A DNA stretch of 64,000 bases, from assembly GCA_963765125.1 (NCBI GenBank), contig CAVXUZ010000005.1, positions 361,441-425,440 of the forward strand, in the 5' to 3' direction. Below, piece after piece: positions 43,932-51,607 of this stretch; the stretch's first letter is position 1, and every line of letters begins with the position of its first letter. A model generated the notes under the pieces. That model was not told the DNA's origin. It saw only the letters and a program-made list of their open reading frames with translations, and ran no database searches. Made by a program: the position numbers and the translations under genes. The DNA comes from an uncultured candidate division WWE3 bacterium. Lineage in GTDB: Bacteria; Patescibacteriota; WWE3; UBA101185; UBA10185.

Positions 43932-44353
43932 CAAGAACATACATACCAACTCACAACAAACTAGAAGTTGATTGGAAAATCGTCAACGCCGAGGGCAAAA
44001 TATTGGGTAAAGTGGCAACAGAAATTGCTGACATGCTCACTGGTAAAAATAAACCTACTTTTACACCAAATATAAATGTTGGCGATAAGGTTGTTGTTAT
44101 AAACGCCGAGAAGGTTGAATTTTCAGGTAATAAACTACAAGATAAAAAATATTACTGGCACACTGGTTACCCCGGCGGAATCAAAAGCGAAACCCTTGGG
44201 AAACTTTTTGCACGAAAACCAACAGAAGTTCTTAAAAAAGCAGTGTCGGGTATGTTACCAAAGAACAAACTAAGAAAAGTCAGAATGAGCAATTTAAAAA
44301 TTTATGAAGGTACTGAACACCCACATCAAGCTCAACTTGGAGGTAATAAATAA
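43928..44353 (+). CDS. rplM: 50S ribosomal protein L13
   Basis: 141 aa, L13 family. Confidence 0.95.
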   Translation: MTRTYIPTHNKLEVDWKIVNAEGKILGKVATEIADMLTGKNKPTFTPNINVGDKVVVINAEKVEFSGNKLQDKKYYWHTGYPGGIKSETLGKLFARKPTEVLKKAVSGMLPKNKLRKVRMSNLKIYEGTEHPHQAQLGGNK

Positions 44354-44355
44354 CC

Positions 44356-44772
44356 ATGGCTAAAGTTGAATCTAAAGAAAATTTAATTACTACTACTGGT
44401 AGAAGAAAAACAGCAGTTGCAAGAGTATTTTTGTTTCCTGAAAAAGGCGAAATCTTAGTAAACGATAAAAAAATTGACGAGCATTACACAACAGAAATAG
44501 ATCAACTTGAGTGGAAAAGACCTTTTCACGCTGTAGGTGTAGCACATCCTGAAACACAGTTTAGAGGCACAATAAAGGTAAATGGTTCAGGCCCTTCAGC
44601 ACAGCTAGGTGCAGTCGTTCACGGTCTTTCACGCGCACTTGCAAGAATTAGCGACGAGTATAGAACAATCTTAAGTCACGGTGGATTTCTTACTAGAGAC
44701 CCAAGAATGGTTGAGAGAAAGAAACCTTACTTGAGAAAAGCTAGAAAAGCTCCACAATACTCAAAGAGATAA
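44356..44772 (+). CDS. rpsI: 30S ribosomal protein S9
   Basis: 138 aa, C-terminal ...YSKR. Confidence 0.95.
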   Translation: MAKVESKENLITTTGRRKTAVARVFLFPEKGEILVNDKKIDEHYTTEIDQLEWKRPFHAVGVAHPETQFRGTIKVNGSGPSAQLGAVVHGLSRALARISDEYRTILSHGGFLTRDPRMVERKKPYLRKARKAPQYSKR

Positions 44773-45057
44773 GCTCCCCTCTATCATTTCTTTAATATCA
44801 ATAATTTCTTTTTGAAGAGATTCGAGTTTCATTTGTAACTTTGTTTTTTCATCCTCTCTTATATTTATAAAGGGAGTGTTGTAGTTATTAACAATTCTTT
44901 CTACTATTTTTAAAGGCGGGCACGTTCGACCGGTTTCATATGCTGAGATCGTTTTTCCAGATAAACCTAGCTTCTTACCAAACCTGTCTTGAGACAAATT
45001 ATAGTTGTCTCTGATTTTTTTAATTTTTATACCAATGTTTGTGGAATCTTTGGGCAT
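44761..45057 (-). CDS. XRE-family helix-turn-helix transcriptional regulator
   Basis: LSQDRFGKKLGLSGKTISAYETG HTH, then a C-terminal coiled coil. Confidence 0.7.
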   Translation of the reverse strand: MPKDSTNIGIKIKKIRDNYNLSQDRFGKKLGLSGKTISAYETGRTCPPLKIVERIVNNYNTPFINIREDEKTKLQMKLESLQKEIIDIKEMIEGSLSL

Positions 45058-45088
45058 ATATTCTTAGGTAATTAGAACTTATCACCTA

Positions 45089-45102
45089 GCAATACATATT
45101 GC
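45089..45102. promoter_or_regulatory. inverted repeat GCAATA-ca-TATTGC in the divergent XRE/radC intergenic region (candidate operator)
   Basis: Perfect 6-2-6 palindrome about 32 nt upstream of the XRE start codon. Confidence 0.3.
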
Positions 45103-45121
45103 AACAACCTATATTATATTT

Positions 45122-45823
45122 GTGTCTGATAAGTTACTTATAAAAGATTTACTAAACGAAAATAAACCAAGAGAGAGGCTTATTGGGTTTGGTGATGCTT
45201 CACTTTCTGAATCTGAACTTCTAGCTTTAATTTTACAAACCGGCGGTGCAAATACCTCGGCGGTGGATTTAGCAAATTTACTCTTAAAGCATTTCGGTTC
45301 ATTAAAAAAGGTATTTGACGCTGAATATTTTGAACTCATAAAACTGCGTTATATTGGCGCGGCTAAAGCATCAAAGATTAGAGCAATTTCAGAGGTATGT
45401 AAAAGAATAATGCATACAAAATCCGACCAGCTAGAATTTATTAACAATCCAGAGTCTGCGTATAAAACCATTAAAAGATTTTTTGTTGGTAAAAAACAAG
45501 AGCACGTTTATCTTCTATCGCTAAATTCTCGAAGATGTGTCACCTCAATTGATTTAATATCTTTGGGCTCCATTAACGAAAGTTTATTTCCATTGCGAGA
45601 GATAATAAAAAAAGCATTAGAAAAAAATGCAGTAGGAATAATCATCGCGCACAATCACCCCTCAGGAGATTCATCACCAAGCCATGAAGACATTGAAATT
45701 ACAAAAAACCTACAAAACGCCTGTACGGCAGTAGGGCTTACTTTTATTGACCATATTATTGCAACTGAAACAGAGTTCACAAGTTTAAAAAGTTCGAACT
45801 TACTATCGAAGGGAGGTGAATAA
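45122..45823 (+). CDS. radC: RadC-family JAB/MPN-domain protein
   Basis: HNHPSGDSSPSHEDIEIT JAMM motif, with a preceding HhH-like region. Confidence 0.85.
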   Translation: MSDKLLIKDLLNENKPRERLIGFGDASLSESELLALILQTGGANTSAVDLANLLLKHFGSLKKVFDAEYFELIKLRYIGAAKASKIRAISEVCKRIMHTKSDQLEFINNPESAYKTIKRFFVGKKQEHVYLLSLNSRRCVTSIDLISLGSINESLFPLREIIKKALEKNAVGIIIAHNHPSGDSSPSHEDIEITKNLQNACTAVGLTFIDHIIATETEFTSLKSSNLLSKGGE

Positions 45824-46415
45824 AATGCAACTAAAAAAACCATCGATGAAGTTTATGCTCCTAGCAGCAGGTCTACTTGTTGTACTTGCTTCTGGCGTAA
45901 CTGTAGCAGCTTTTGGCGATAAAGGAGATATTCTTGGTTCATCATTTTCAGTAGGCAGCGCGGATATTAAGCTTCTCAAAGATTTAGCGGGGCCAACTTC
46001 GGCTAGCAATCTCACTGATACTCTTCCAGGACCTAAATTTTCTAACATCGGACCTAACTGGCGCCAAGATTACCCATTAAAACTTTATAACAACGCTTCG
46101 GGGCACATACAACTCACCAGCGTCTCAAATTACGAAACAGCCAACGATCCTGACGAGTTAAGACAAATCATCTATGTTGAACCAATAAATTGGGGTGACC
46201 CAAACAATAACGGGATAGTAGAAGATAACGAGCTAGGCTCTTCATTCGGAAGAAAAACAATCATCAAATGGAAAACTGAAGGATTTGATCTTAGTTCTAT
46301 GGCGTCTGGGTCAGTTAAGGGTATGATCTTAAGGTTTTCTACTGACGCTGTATCTGACACAAAACAAGGCAAAACCGCCGTATTTGACTTTATATTCAAC
46401 TCGCTGGGACTTTAA
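45816..46415 (+). CDS. secreted TasA/camelysin-like (Peptidase_M73 family) protein with SipW-cognate-type signal peptide
   Basis: N-terminal signal ...ASGVTVAAFGDKGDILGSSFSVGSADIKL matches the TasA/CalY AFxD...F..G..DL mature N-terminus pattern. Confidence 0.45.
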   Translation: MNKMQLKKPSMKFMLLAAGLLVVLASGVTVAAFGDKGDILGSSFSVGSADIKLLKDLAGPTSASNLTDTLPGPKFSNIGPNWRQDYPLKLYNNASGHIQLTSVSNYETANDPDELRQIIYVEPINWGDPNNNGIVEDNELGSSFGRKTIIKWKTEGFDLSSMASGSVKGMILRFSTDAVSDTKQGKTAVFDFIFNSLGL

Positions 46416-46448
46416 ACGATAATTGGGTATCGCCCCGGGAGATACCTA

Positions 46449-49055
46449 ATGCTGTCATGTGAGAAAAATATTAGATATACTAAAATGGTGCTCGATATAC
46501 CACGATCGATTAGTAAATTCTTGGTCTGGTGGTTTTATACTGCCCCAAAAAAAATATACACAATATTCACACGAATATTGATTTTTGCAAATTACGAACT
46601 TTCTTTTACAGTAAACCTTAGGTTAATCTTTACACCGCTTTATGGCGACTACTCATTTATTGGAAGAATTATCGGTTTTTTCACAAGAATTATTTTTATT
46701 GTGTTTGGATTAGTTTTTATTGGCTTTCTAGGAATTGTAAGCATGCTAGCACCAATCGTCTGGTATCTGCTTTTACCATTTGCGTTCTATTATTTTGATT
46801 TTTGGTCAATACCTTTTGTTCTTGCGCTTTATATAGCTGTAACAATCAAAAAAGTTACAACACCTGACAAAAAGGTTTCTGAGGTAAAAAAAGAACAGGC
46901 CCTCGATTCTTTTAGACCCGACGTTAAAAGAAATTTTATGGATATTGTAGGAAAAGGCGCGTATTTTACAAACATTTTTCTACATAACCCACAAATTTCT
47001 TACTTACTAAATAAATCAGAAATGGCAAATAAAGGGCTTGAGGATAAGATTAGTAAAACTGAAATATTTGAGCAGAGTAAAATTCAAAATCTTGCATATG
47101 ACTTTGCCATCGAAAATAAATCAAAATATGTCGAAATGGAGCATCTATTTATGGCTGTTATTACAGCAATTCCTAATATTGAAACCATACTCTCTGGTTA
47201 TGGCTCAGAACTACGTCACTTGAAAGAAAGCGCATTTTGGATTGTCCAACGAAGAGACTTTTTGAACAGTATGTACTTTTGGCAAGATGACTACATCATG
47301 CCCCCAATGGGAGGATTTGGCCACGGCCTTACAGGCAGAGTTACTCCCCACCTTGATGCCATCTCTAGAGATTTTACAAAACTTGTTAAGAGAGGTTTAC
47401 TTCCAGATATTGTTGGGCGTGATCTTGAAGTCGGAAAAATAGCAAGTACTTTAGGTGGCGCAAACGAAAACATCTTAATTCTCGGTGAACCGGGTTGTGG
47501 AAAAACATCTCTCGTAATGGGTATCGCTCACAGAATAATGCATGGTACTGAATATAAATCACTTAGAAATAAAAGGATTGTGAGCTTAGAAATGGGTGGA
47601 TTAATTTCTGGCGCGAGGCACTCAGGAGAAGTTGCGTCTAAACTCAAACAAGCGCTAGATGAGGTAGTCGCCTCAAAAGATATAATTTTATTTATTGATG
47701 AAATACATAATCTTGTTTCCCCCGTCGATAACTCAGAAGATTTTTCAACGGTTTATTCAATCCTAGAACCATACCTCGCATCAAGCTCAGTACAATTTAT
47801 TGGTGCGACCAACCTTGAAAATTACAGAAAGTACATTGAGCCAATAGGTTCTTTTTCTAGACTATTTCAAATATTTGAGGTTCAAGAAGCTGACTTTACA
47901 TCGACATTAGAAATTCTAAAGCATCGTGCAATTAGAGACGAACGTAAATATGGCGTAGTTATAACAATTCCAGCCCTTTTTAAGATTATAAAACTCTCCG
48001 AAAAGCTAATTCACGATAGGGTGTTACCAGACAAAGCAATTGATATTTTAAATCGTGCAACAAATGAGGCACGAAGTACAGACAGGGTTGTGAGCGTAAA
48101 AATTATAGAAAAAATAATTACTGAGATGACTCGGGTGCCTGTCTCTGCAATTTCTGATGATGAATCAGAAAAATTACTAAACATAGAATCAGAAATGAAA
48201 AAAAGAGTAATCGGTCAGGATCATGCAATTATAAAAATTGCTAACGCTATAAAGCGCGCGAGAGTTGGTATAAGAGACGAAAACAAACCAATCGCAAGTT
48301 TCTTATTCGTTGGAACAACTGGTGTTGGAAAAACGGAAACTGCAAAAACCTTAAGCGAAACATATTTTGGTGATAAAAAAGCAATGGTGAGACTCGATAT
48401 GAGTGAGTATCAAAGCCCAGACAGCATCGATAAACTTATTGGAACCTCTGATGGAAAAACAAAAGGTATTCTTACTGAGCAAATTAGAACAAAACCATTC
48501 GTTGTTTTACTTCTCGATGAAATTGAAAAAGCACATCAGCAGGTTATGCTTACATTTTTACAGGTTTTAGACGATGCACGTCTCACAGATTCGTCAGGAA
48601 AAACCGTTGATTTCACAAATACAATCATCATCGCTACAAGTAATGTGGGAACTAAACAAATTCAAGAAATAACCCAACGAGGCGGTAGCTATGAAGAAAT
48701 AGAAGAGTCGGCAATGGCTGCGGTAAGGGATAAATTTGCGCCAGAGTTTCTTAACCGATTCACCGGAATCATTGTCTACAAGCCTCTTCAAATTGAAGAG
48801 GTAAGAAAAATCGCAAATATTATGCTTGCAAATGTAGTAAAAAGAACGCAGGAGAAAAAAATTAAAATTACATTTAGTGATGAATTGATTACTGAATTGA
48901 TAAAGCGAGGATTTAGTCCAGAGTGGGGTGCGAGACCTCTTGCAAGAACAATCGAAGAAAGTGTCGAAACCTACGTTGCAGAAAATATTCTTAAAAAAGA
49001 GTTTAAACAGGGTGACACAGTAACATTAGGTATGGAAATATTTTTAAAAAAATGA
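46449..49055 (+). CDS. membrane-anchored double-AAA+ Clp/Hsp100-family ATPase (ClpA-like, no M-domain, no IGF/IGL ClpP-docking loop)
   Basis: Residues about 20-135 form four hydrophobic helices. A Clp_N-like repeat follows. AAA1 has GEPGCGKTS and ILFIDEIH. AAA2 has GTTGVGKTE and VVLLLDEIEKAH. Confidence 0.7.
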   Translation: MLSCEKNIRYTKMVLDIPRSISKFLVWWFYTAPKKIYTIFTRILIFANYELSFTVNLRLIFTPLYGDYSFIGRIIGFFTRIIFIVFGLVFIGFLGIVSMLAPIVWYLLLPFAFYYFDFWSIPFVLALYIAVTIKKVTTPDKKVSEVKKEQALDSFRPDVKRNFMDIVGKGAYFTNIFLHNPQISYLLNKSEMANKGLEDKISKTEIFEQSKIQNLAYDFAIENKSKYVEMEHLFMAVITAIPNIETILSGYGSELRHLKESAFWIVQRRDFLNSMYFWQDDYIMPPMGGFGHGLTGRVTPHLDAISRDFTKLVKRGLLPDIVGRDLEVGKIASTLGGANENILILGEPGCGKTSLVMGIAHRIMHGTEYKSLRNKRIVSLEMGGLISGARHSGEVASKLKQALDEVVASKDIILFIDEIHNLVSPVDNSEDFSTVYSILEPYLASSSVQFIGATNLENYRKYIEPIGSFSRLFQIFEVQEADFTSTLEILKHRAIRDERKYGVVITIPALFKIIKLSEKLIHDRVLPDKAIDILNRATNEARSTDRVVSVKIIEKIITEMTRVPVSAISDDESEKLLNIESEMKKRVIGQDHAIIKIANAIKRARVGIRDENKPIASFLFVGTTGVGKTETAKTLSETYFGDKKAMVRLDMSEYQSPDSIDKLIGTSDGKTKGILTEQIRTKPFVVLLLDEIEKAHQQVMLTFLQVLDDARLTDSSGKTVDFTNTIIIATSNVGTKQIQEITQRGGSYEEIEESAMAAVRDKFAPEFLNRFTGIIVYKPLQIEEVRKIANIMLANVVKRTQEKKIKITFSDELITELIKRGFSPEWGARPLARTIEESVETYVAENILKKEFKQGDTVTLGMEIFLKK

Positions 49056-49080
49056 GCCGTCATTTATTAAATAACGGCTC
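49054..49080 (-). terminator. 7-bp hairpin (gagccgt/acggctc, 13-nt loop) followed by a U-run on the minus-strand transcript (probably bidirectional)
   Basis: Lies between the convergent Clp-like gene and the small membrane ORF. A7 on plus 49046-49052 gives U7 on the minus strand. Confidence 0.45.
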
Positions 49081-49091
49081 TGTAAAACAGT

Positions 49092-49313
49092 CTAGACAAC
49101 AGCACAGAGAACAAAAACGCTAACGATAATTGTTGCAGCGGTTAAAACCAAACACAAAAAAGCAAAAAACGGCAATGACAATCTTTTGCGTGCAATTCGG
49201 TTTAGTAGTTTATGAAACCACTTTACCGCAACCGCAGAAAAAATAAACGCCATCAATGCCCCAATCAAACAGCCTGGTACAATAACTAGAAAATCCCAAA
49301 GTGTTTTAAACAT
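49092..49313 (-). CDS. small 2-TM membrane protein (73 aa)
   Basis: AGGAGG RBS 6 nt upstream. Hydrophobic hairpin topology. Confidence 0.45.
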   Translation of the reverse strand: MFKTLWDFLVIVPGCLIGALMAFIFSAVAVKWFHKLLNRIARKRLSLPFFAFLCLVLTAATIIVSVFVLCAVV

Positions 49314-49604
49314 TTAGCCTCCTATAATGTGTAGCAGTGACCCACCAATCAGAATTACCCCAAAACAGATTAAAAAGACAGAGGCTCCCCTATCTGCTCT
49401 GTATTGTGTCCAGTGCGGGTTTATTCGTGGTAAGTTCTCAACAAACACACGATATTTCTTTACGTGCCCTAGAAGGATTATTACACCTAGCAGCGCGAAC
49501 AACACGCCTAAAACCATTTGTAAAAGGTAGACCCAGTTCACCGTTACCTTCCTTTCCAAGAGTTTAGTTAGGAATGTTATACTACAAAAGTTATGAAAGA
49601 GCAA
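49314..49604 (-). CDS. small 2-TM membrane protein (start uncertain, 60-96 aa)
   Basis: Stop codon abuts the start of the 73-aa ORF. Divergent from prfB. Confidence 0.3.
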   Translation of the reverse strand: MLFHNFCSITFLTKLLERKVTVNWVYLLQMVLGVLFALLGVIILLGHVKKYRVFVENLPRINPHWTQYRADRGASVFLICFGVILIGGSLLHIIGG

Positions 49605-50594
49605 AATGAACGTTTGGATAATTTAAGAAAAAATCTATTTATTGACGATAAAAAAGCCAAAATAAAACAATTCGATGAAGAGCTTGCAGATGAAAAGATT
49701 TGGCAGAATTGGGAATTAGGGCAAAAAATATCACAAGACCGCGCCGACCTGGCAAAAGATGTGGAAGACTACGAAATGCTTGAGCTTATCTCTGAAACGG
49801 GAACACCTGAGGAGTTTGATAATGAGATAAAAAAGCTTGAGCTGAGGTACTTTCTTTCTGAAAAACACGATAAATCTGACGCCATTATGAGCATACACGC
49901 CGGCCAAGGTGGTACTGAGGCGATGGACTGGGTTGCGATGCTTTTAAGAATGTATCTTAGATACGCAGAAAGAAAGAATTTTAAAACAGATATAATTCAT
50001 ATGATTAATGGTGATGAGGCAGGTTTTAAAACAGTTACCTTTGAAATTGACGGTAAGTACAGTTACGGATTTTTAAAACGCGAAAGTGGAGTTCATAGAC
50101 TTGTTAGGCAATCACCATTCAATGCTGATGACCTCAGACAAACCTCCTTTGCACTAGTAGAAATCGTGCCTATGATTGACGACTCGATAGATATAGAAAT
50201 TAAAGAAGAAGATCTCGAGTTTGAAAGCTACCGCTCGGGTGGCAAGGGCGGACAAAACGTCAACAAAGTTTCAACTGCCGTAAGAATAAAACATAAACCA
50301 TCAGGTATTATTGTTGAAAATCAAAGCGAAAGATACCAAGGAAAAAATAGAGAAAAAGCTATGCAAATCTTAAAGTCTCGTCTTTACGCCAAAGAATTAG
50401 AAAAAATGGAGCAAGAAAAAAGACGCCTTAAGGGCCAACACATTACACCAGGTTGGGGTAATCAAATTAGAAACTACGTGCTTCATCCTTACAAATTAGT
50501 GAAAGATTTAAGAACTGACGTTGAAAGTACCAACCCAGATGCGGTTTTAGATGGAGACCTCGATTTATTTATTGACGCCGAAATCAAACTCTAG
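49593..50594 (+). CDS. prfB: peptide chain release factor 2 (single uninterrupted ORF, no programmed +1 frameshift)
   Basis: SPF tripeptide and GGQ motif (RSGGKGGQNVNK). The N-terminal region has ...NLFIDD... with no in-frame UGA. Confidence 0.85.
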   Translation: MKEQNERLDNLRKNLFIDDKKAKIKQFDEELADEKIWQNWELGQKISQDRADLAKDVEDYEMLELISETGTPEEFDNEIKKLELRYFLSEKHDKSDAIMSIHAGQGGTEAMDWVAMLLRMYLRYAERKNFKTDIIHMINGDEAGFKTVTFEIDGKYSYGFLKRESGVHRLVRQSPFNADDLRQTSFALVEIVPMIDDSIDIEIKEEDLEFESYRSGGKGGQNVNKVSTAVRIKHKPSGIIVENQSERYQGKNREKAMQILKSRLYAKELEKMEQEKRRLKGQHITPGWGNQIRNYVLHPYKLVKDLRTDVESTNPDAVLDGDLDLFIDAEIKL

Positions 50595-50843
50595 GTTTTG
50601 AGTTTTCAAAAAAATCAAAAATCCAATTACAATAACAGCGAAAATTGCCGTTTTAAGCAAGTCGCCTTTAATTTGTTCGAAAGGCAGTCTTTGATCAAGC
50701 TTTTTTGGCTGTCCTGCAACTTCCTGAACCTCCACACTTGAAGAAGAATCGTTAACTTTTACTCTTGTACCGCTGCTAATTTGAGCTTTAATTATCTCTT
50801 TTTGTCTTCTTAATGATTTTTTCTCGTTTTTATTTTTTGACAT
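50565..50843 (-). CDS. small membrane-anchored protein (92 aa)
   Basis: Charged N-terminus, Ser-rich segment and one C-terminal TM helix. Overlaps the prfB 3' end. Confidence 0.3.
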   Translation of the reverse strand: MSKNKNEKKSLRRQKEIIKAQISSGTRVKVNDSSSSVEVQEVAGQPKKLDQRLPFEQIKGDLLKTAIFAVIVIGFLIFLKTQNLEFDFGVNK

Positions 50844-50861
50844 AGCGAAATGATACCAAAA

Positions 50862-51599
50862 TTATTCGACATTGTTTTGACCAACTGTCTCTTCTAAAGG
50901 CCCCGCGTCACCAGAACCATCTAGCTCCTCAGTGGGTTTAAAAAGAGGCATTTCTTTTGTGGGCCTAAATATAATTGTCCTAATTATCTCGGTTTCCTTA
51001 TTCAGTTTGTTCACCGCCTTAACGCTTATTGTATTGATTCCTTCTCTGAGCTTGATTGAAGTTAAAAAGCTCCCGTCAGAATTATTGATAATCCTTTGAT
51101 TGTTAATAAAGACTTCAGAATCTAACTCAACACGTCCAGTGATATCCACAATATCGTTTTCAGAAAGCATGTTGTCTTCGGGGTAGAAAAGATCAAGAGA
51201 AGGTGCATCCGTATAGGCTTTATATTGAAAAAAGAGAAACGCAAAAAAACCACTCAAAAGCACAGCTGAAAAAATTGAAATTACCAAACCAGGCGTGATA
51301 ATAAATTTTTCTGGTTCTAGTGCCTTAATCTTAGTAAATTTTTCACCACGTTTATCCTCAAGTGAAGGCTCGTGCTCTCTCCTCCACAGCGCCATAATCT
51401 CTTCTTGGTCCAGTTCTAAGAATTCAGCGTAATTTTTTAAAAATCCCTTGGCGTGCACTCTTCCTTCAAACAAAGAGTAGTCATCGCTTTCAAGTGCTTT
51501 AATATATTTTGGATGAATTTTTATAGCACGGTTAACTTCTTCAATTGTATAACCATTACTTTTTCTTGCTGATAAAAGTAAACTACCTACACTTTTCAT
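50862..51599 (-). CDS. rodZ: RodZ-like cytoskeleton protein (HTH, TM helix, C-terminal DUF4115-like domain)
   Basis: N-terminal XRE-like HTH (GYTIEEVNRAIKIHPKYIKALE), one TM helix and a C-terminal beta domain. Confidence 0.6.
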   Translation of the reverse strand: MKSVGSLLLSARKSNGYTIEEVNRAIKIHPKYIKALESDDYSLFEGRVHAKGFLKNYAEFLELDQEEIMALWRREHEPSLEDKRGEKFTKIKALEPEKFIITPGLVISIFSAVLLSGFFAFLFFQYKAYTDAPSLDLFYPEDNMLSENDIVDITGRVELDSEVFINNQRIINNSDGSFLTSIKLREGINTISVKAVNKLNKETEIIRTIIFRPTKEMPLFKPTEELDGSGDAGPLEETVGQNNVE

Positions 51600-51607
51600 A
51601 TTTTATT

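Noticed and set aside
46419-46440. Hairpin GGTATC-gccccggga-GATACC between the TasA-like and Clp-like genes as a terminator
   Set aside because: No U-run follows. It overlaps the would-be RBS of the Clp-like gene, so at most it is a translational-control element. This is too weak to call.
49593-49700. Programmed +1 frameshift site in prfB
   Set aside because: No in-frame TGA and no SD-like element. The ORF is continuous.
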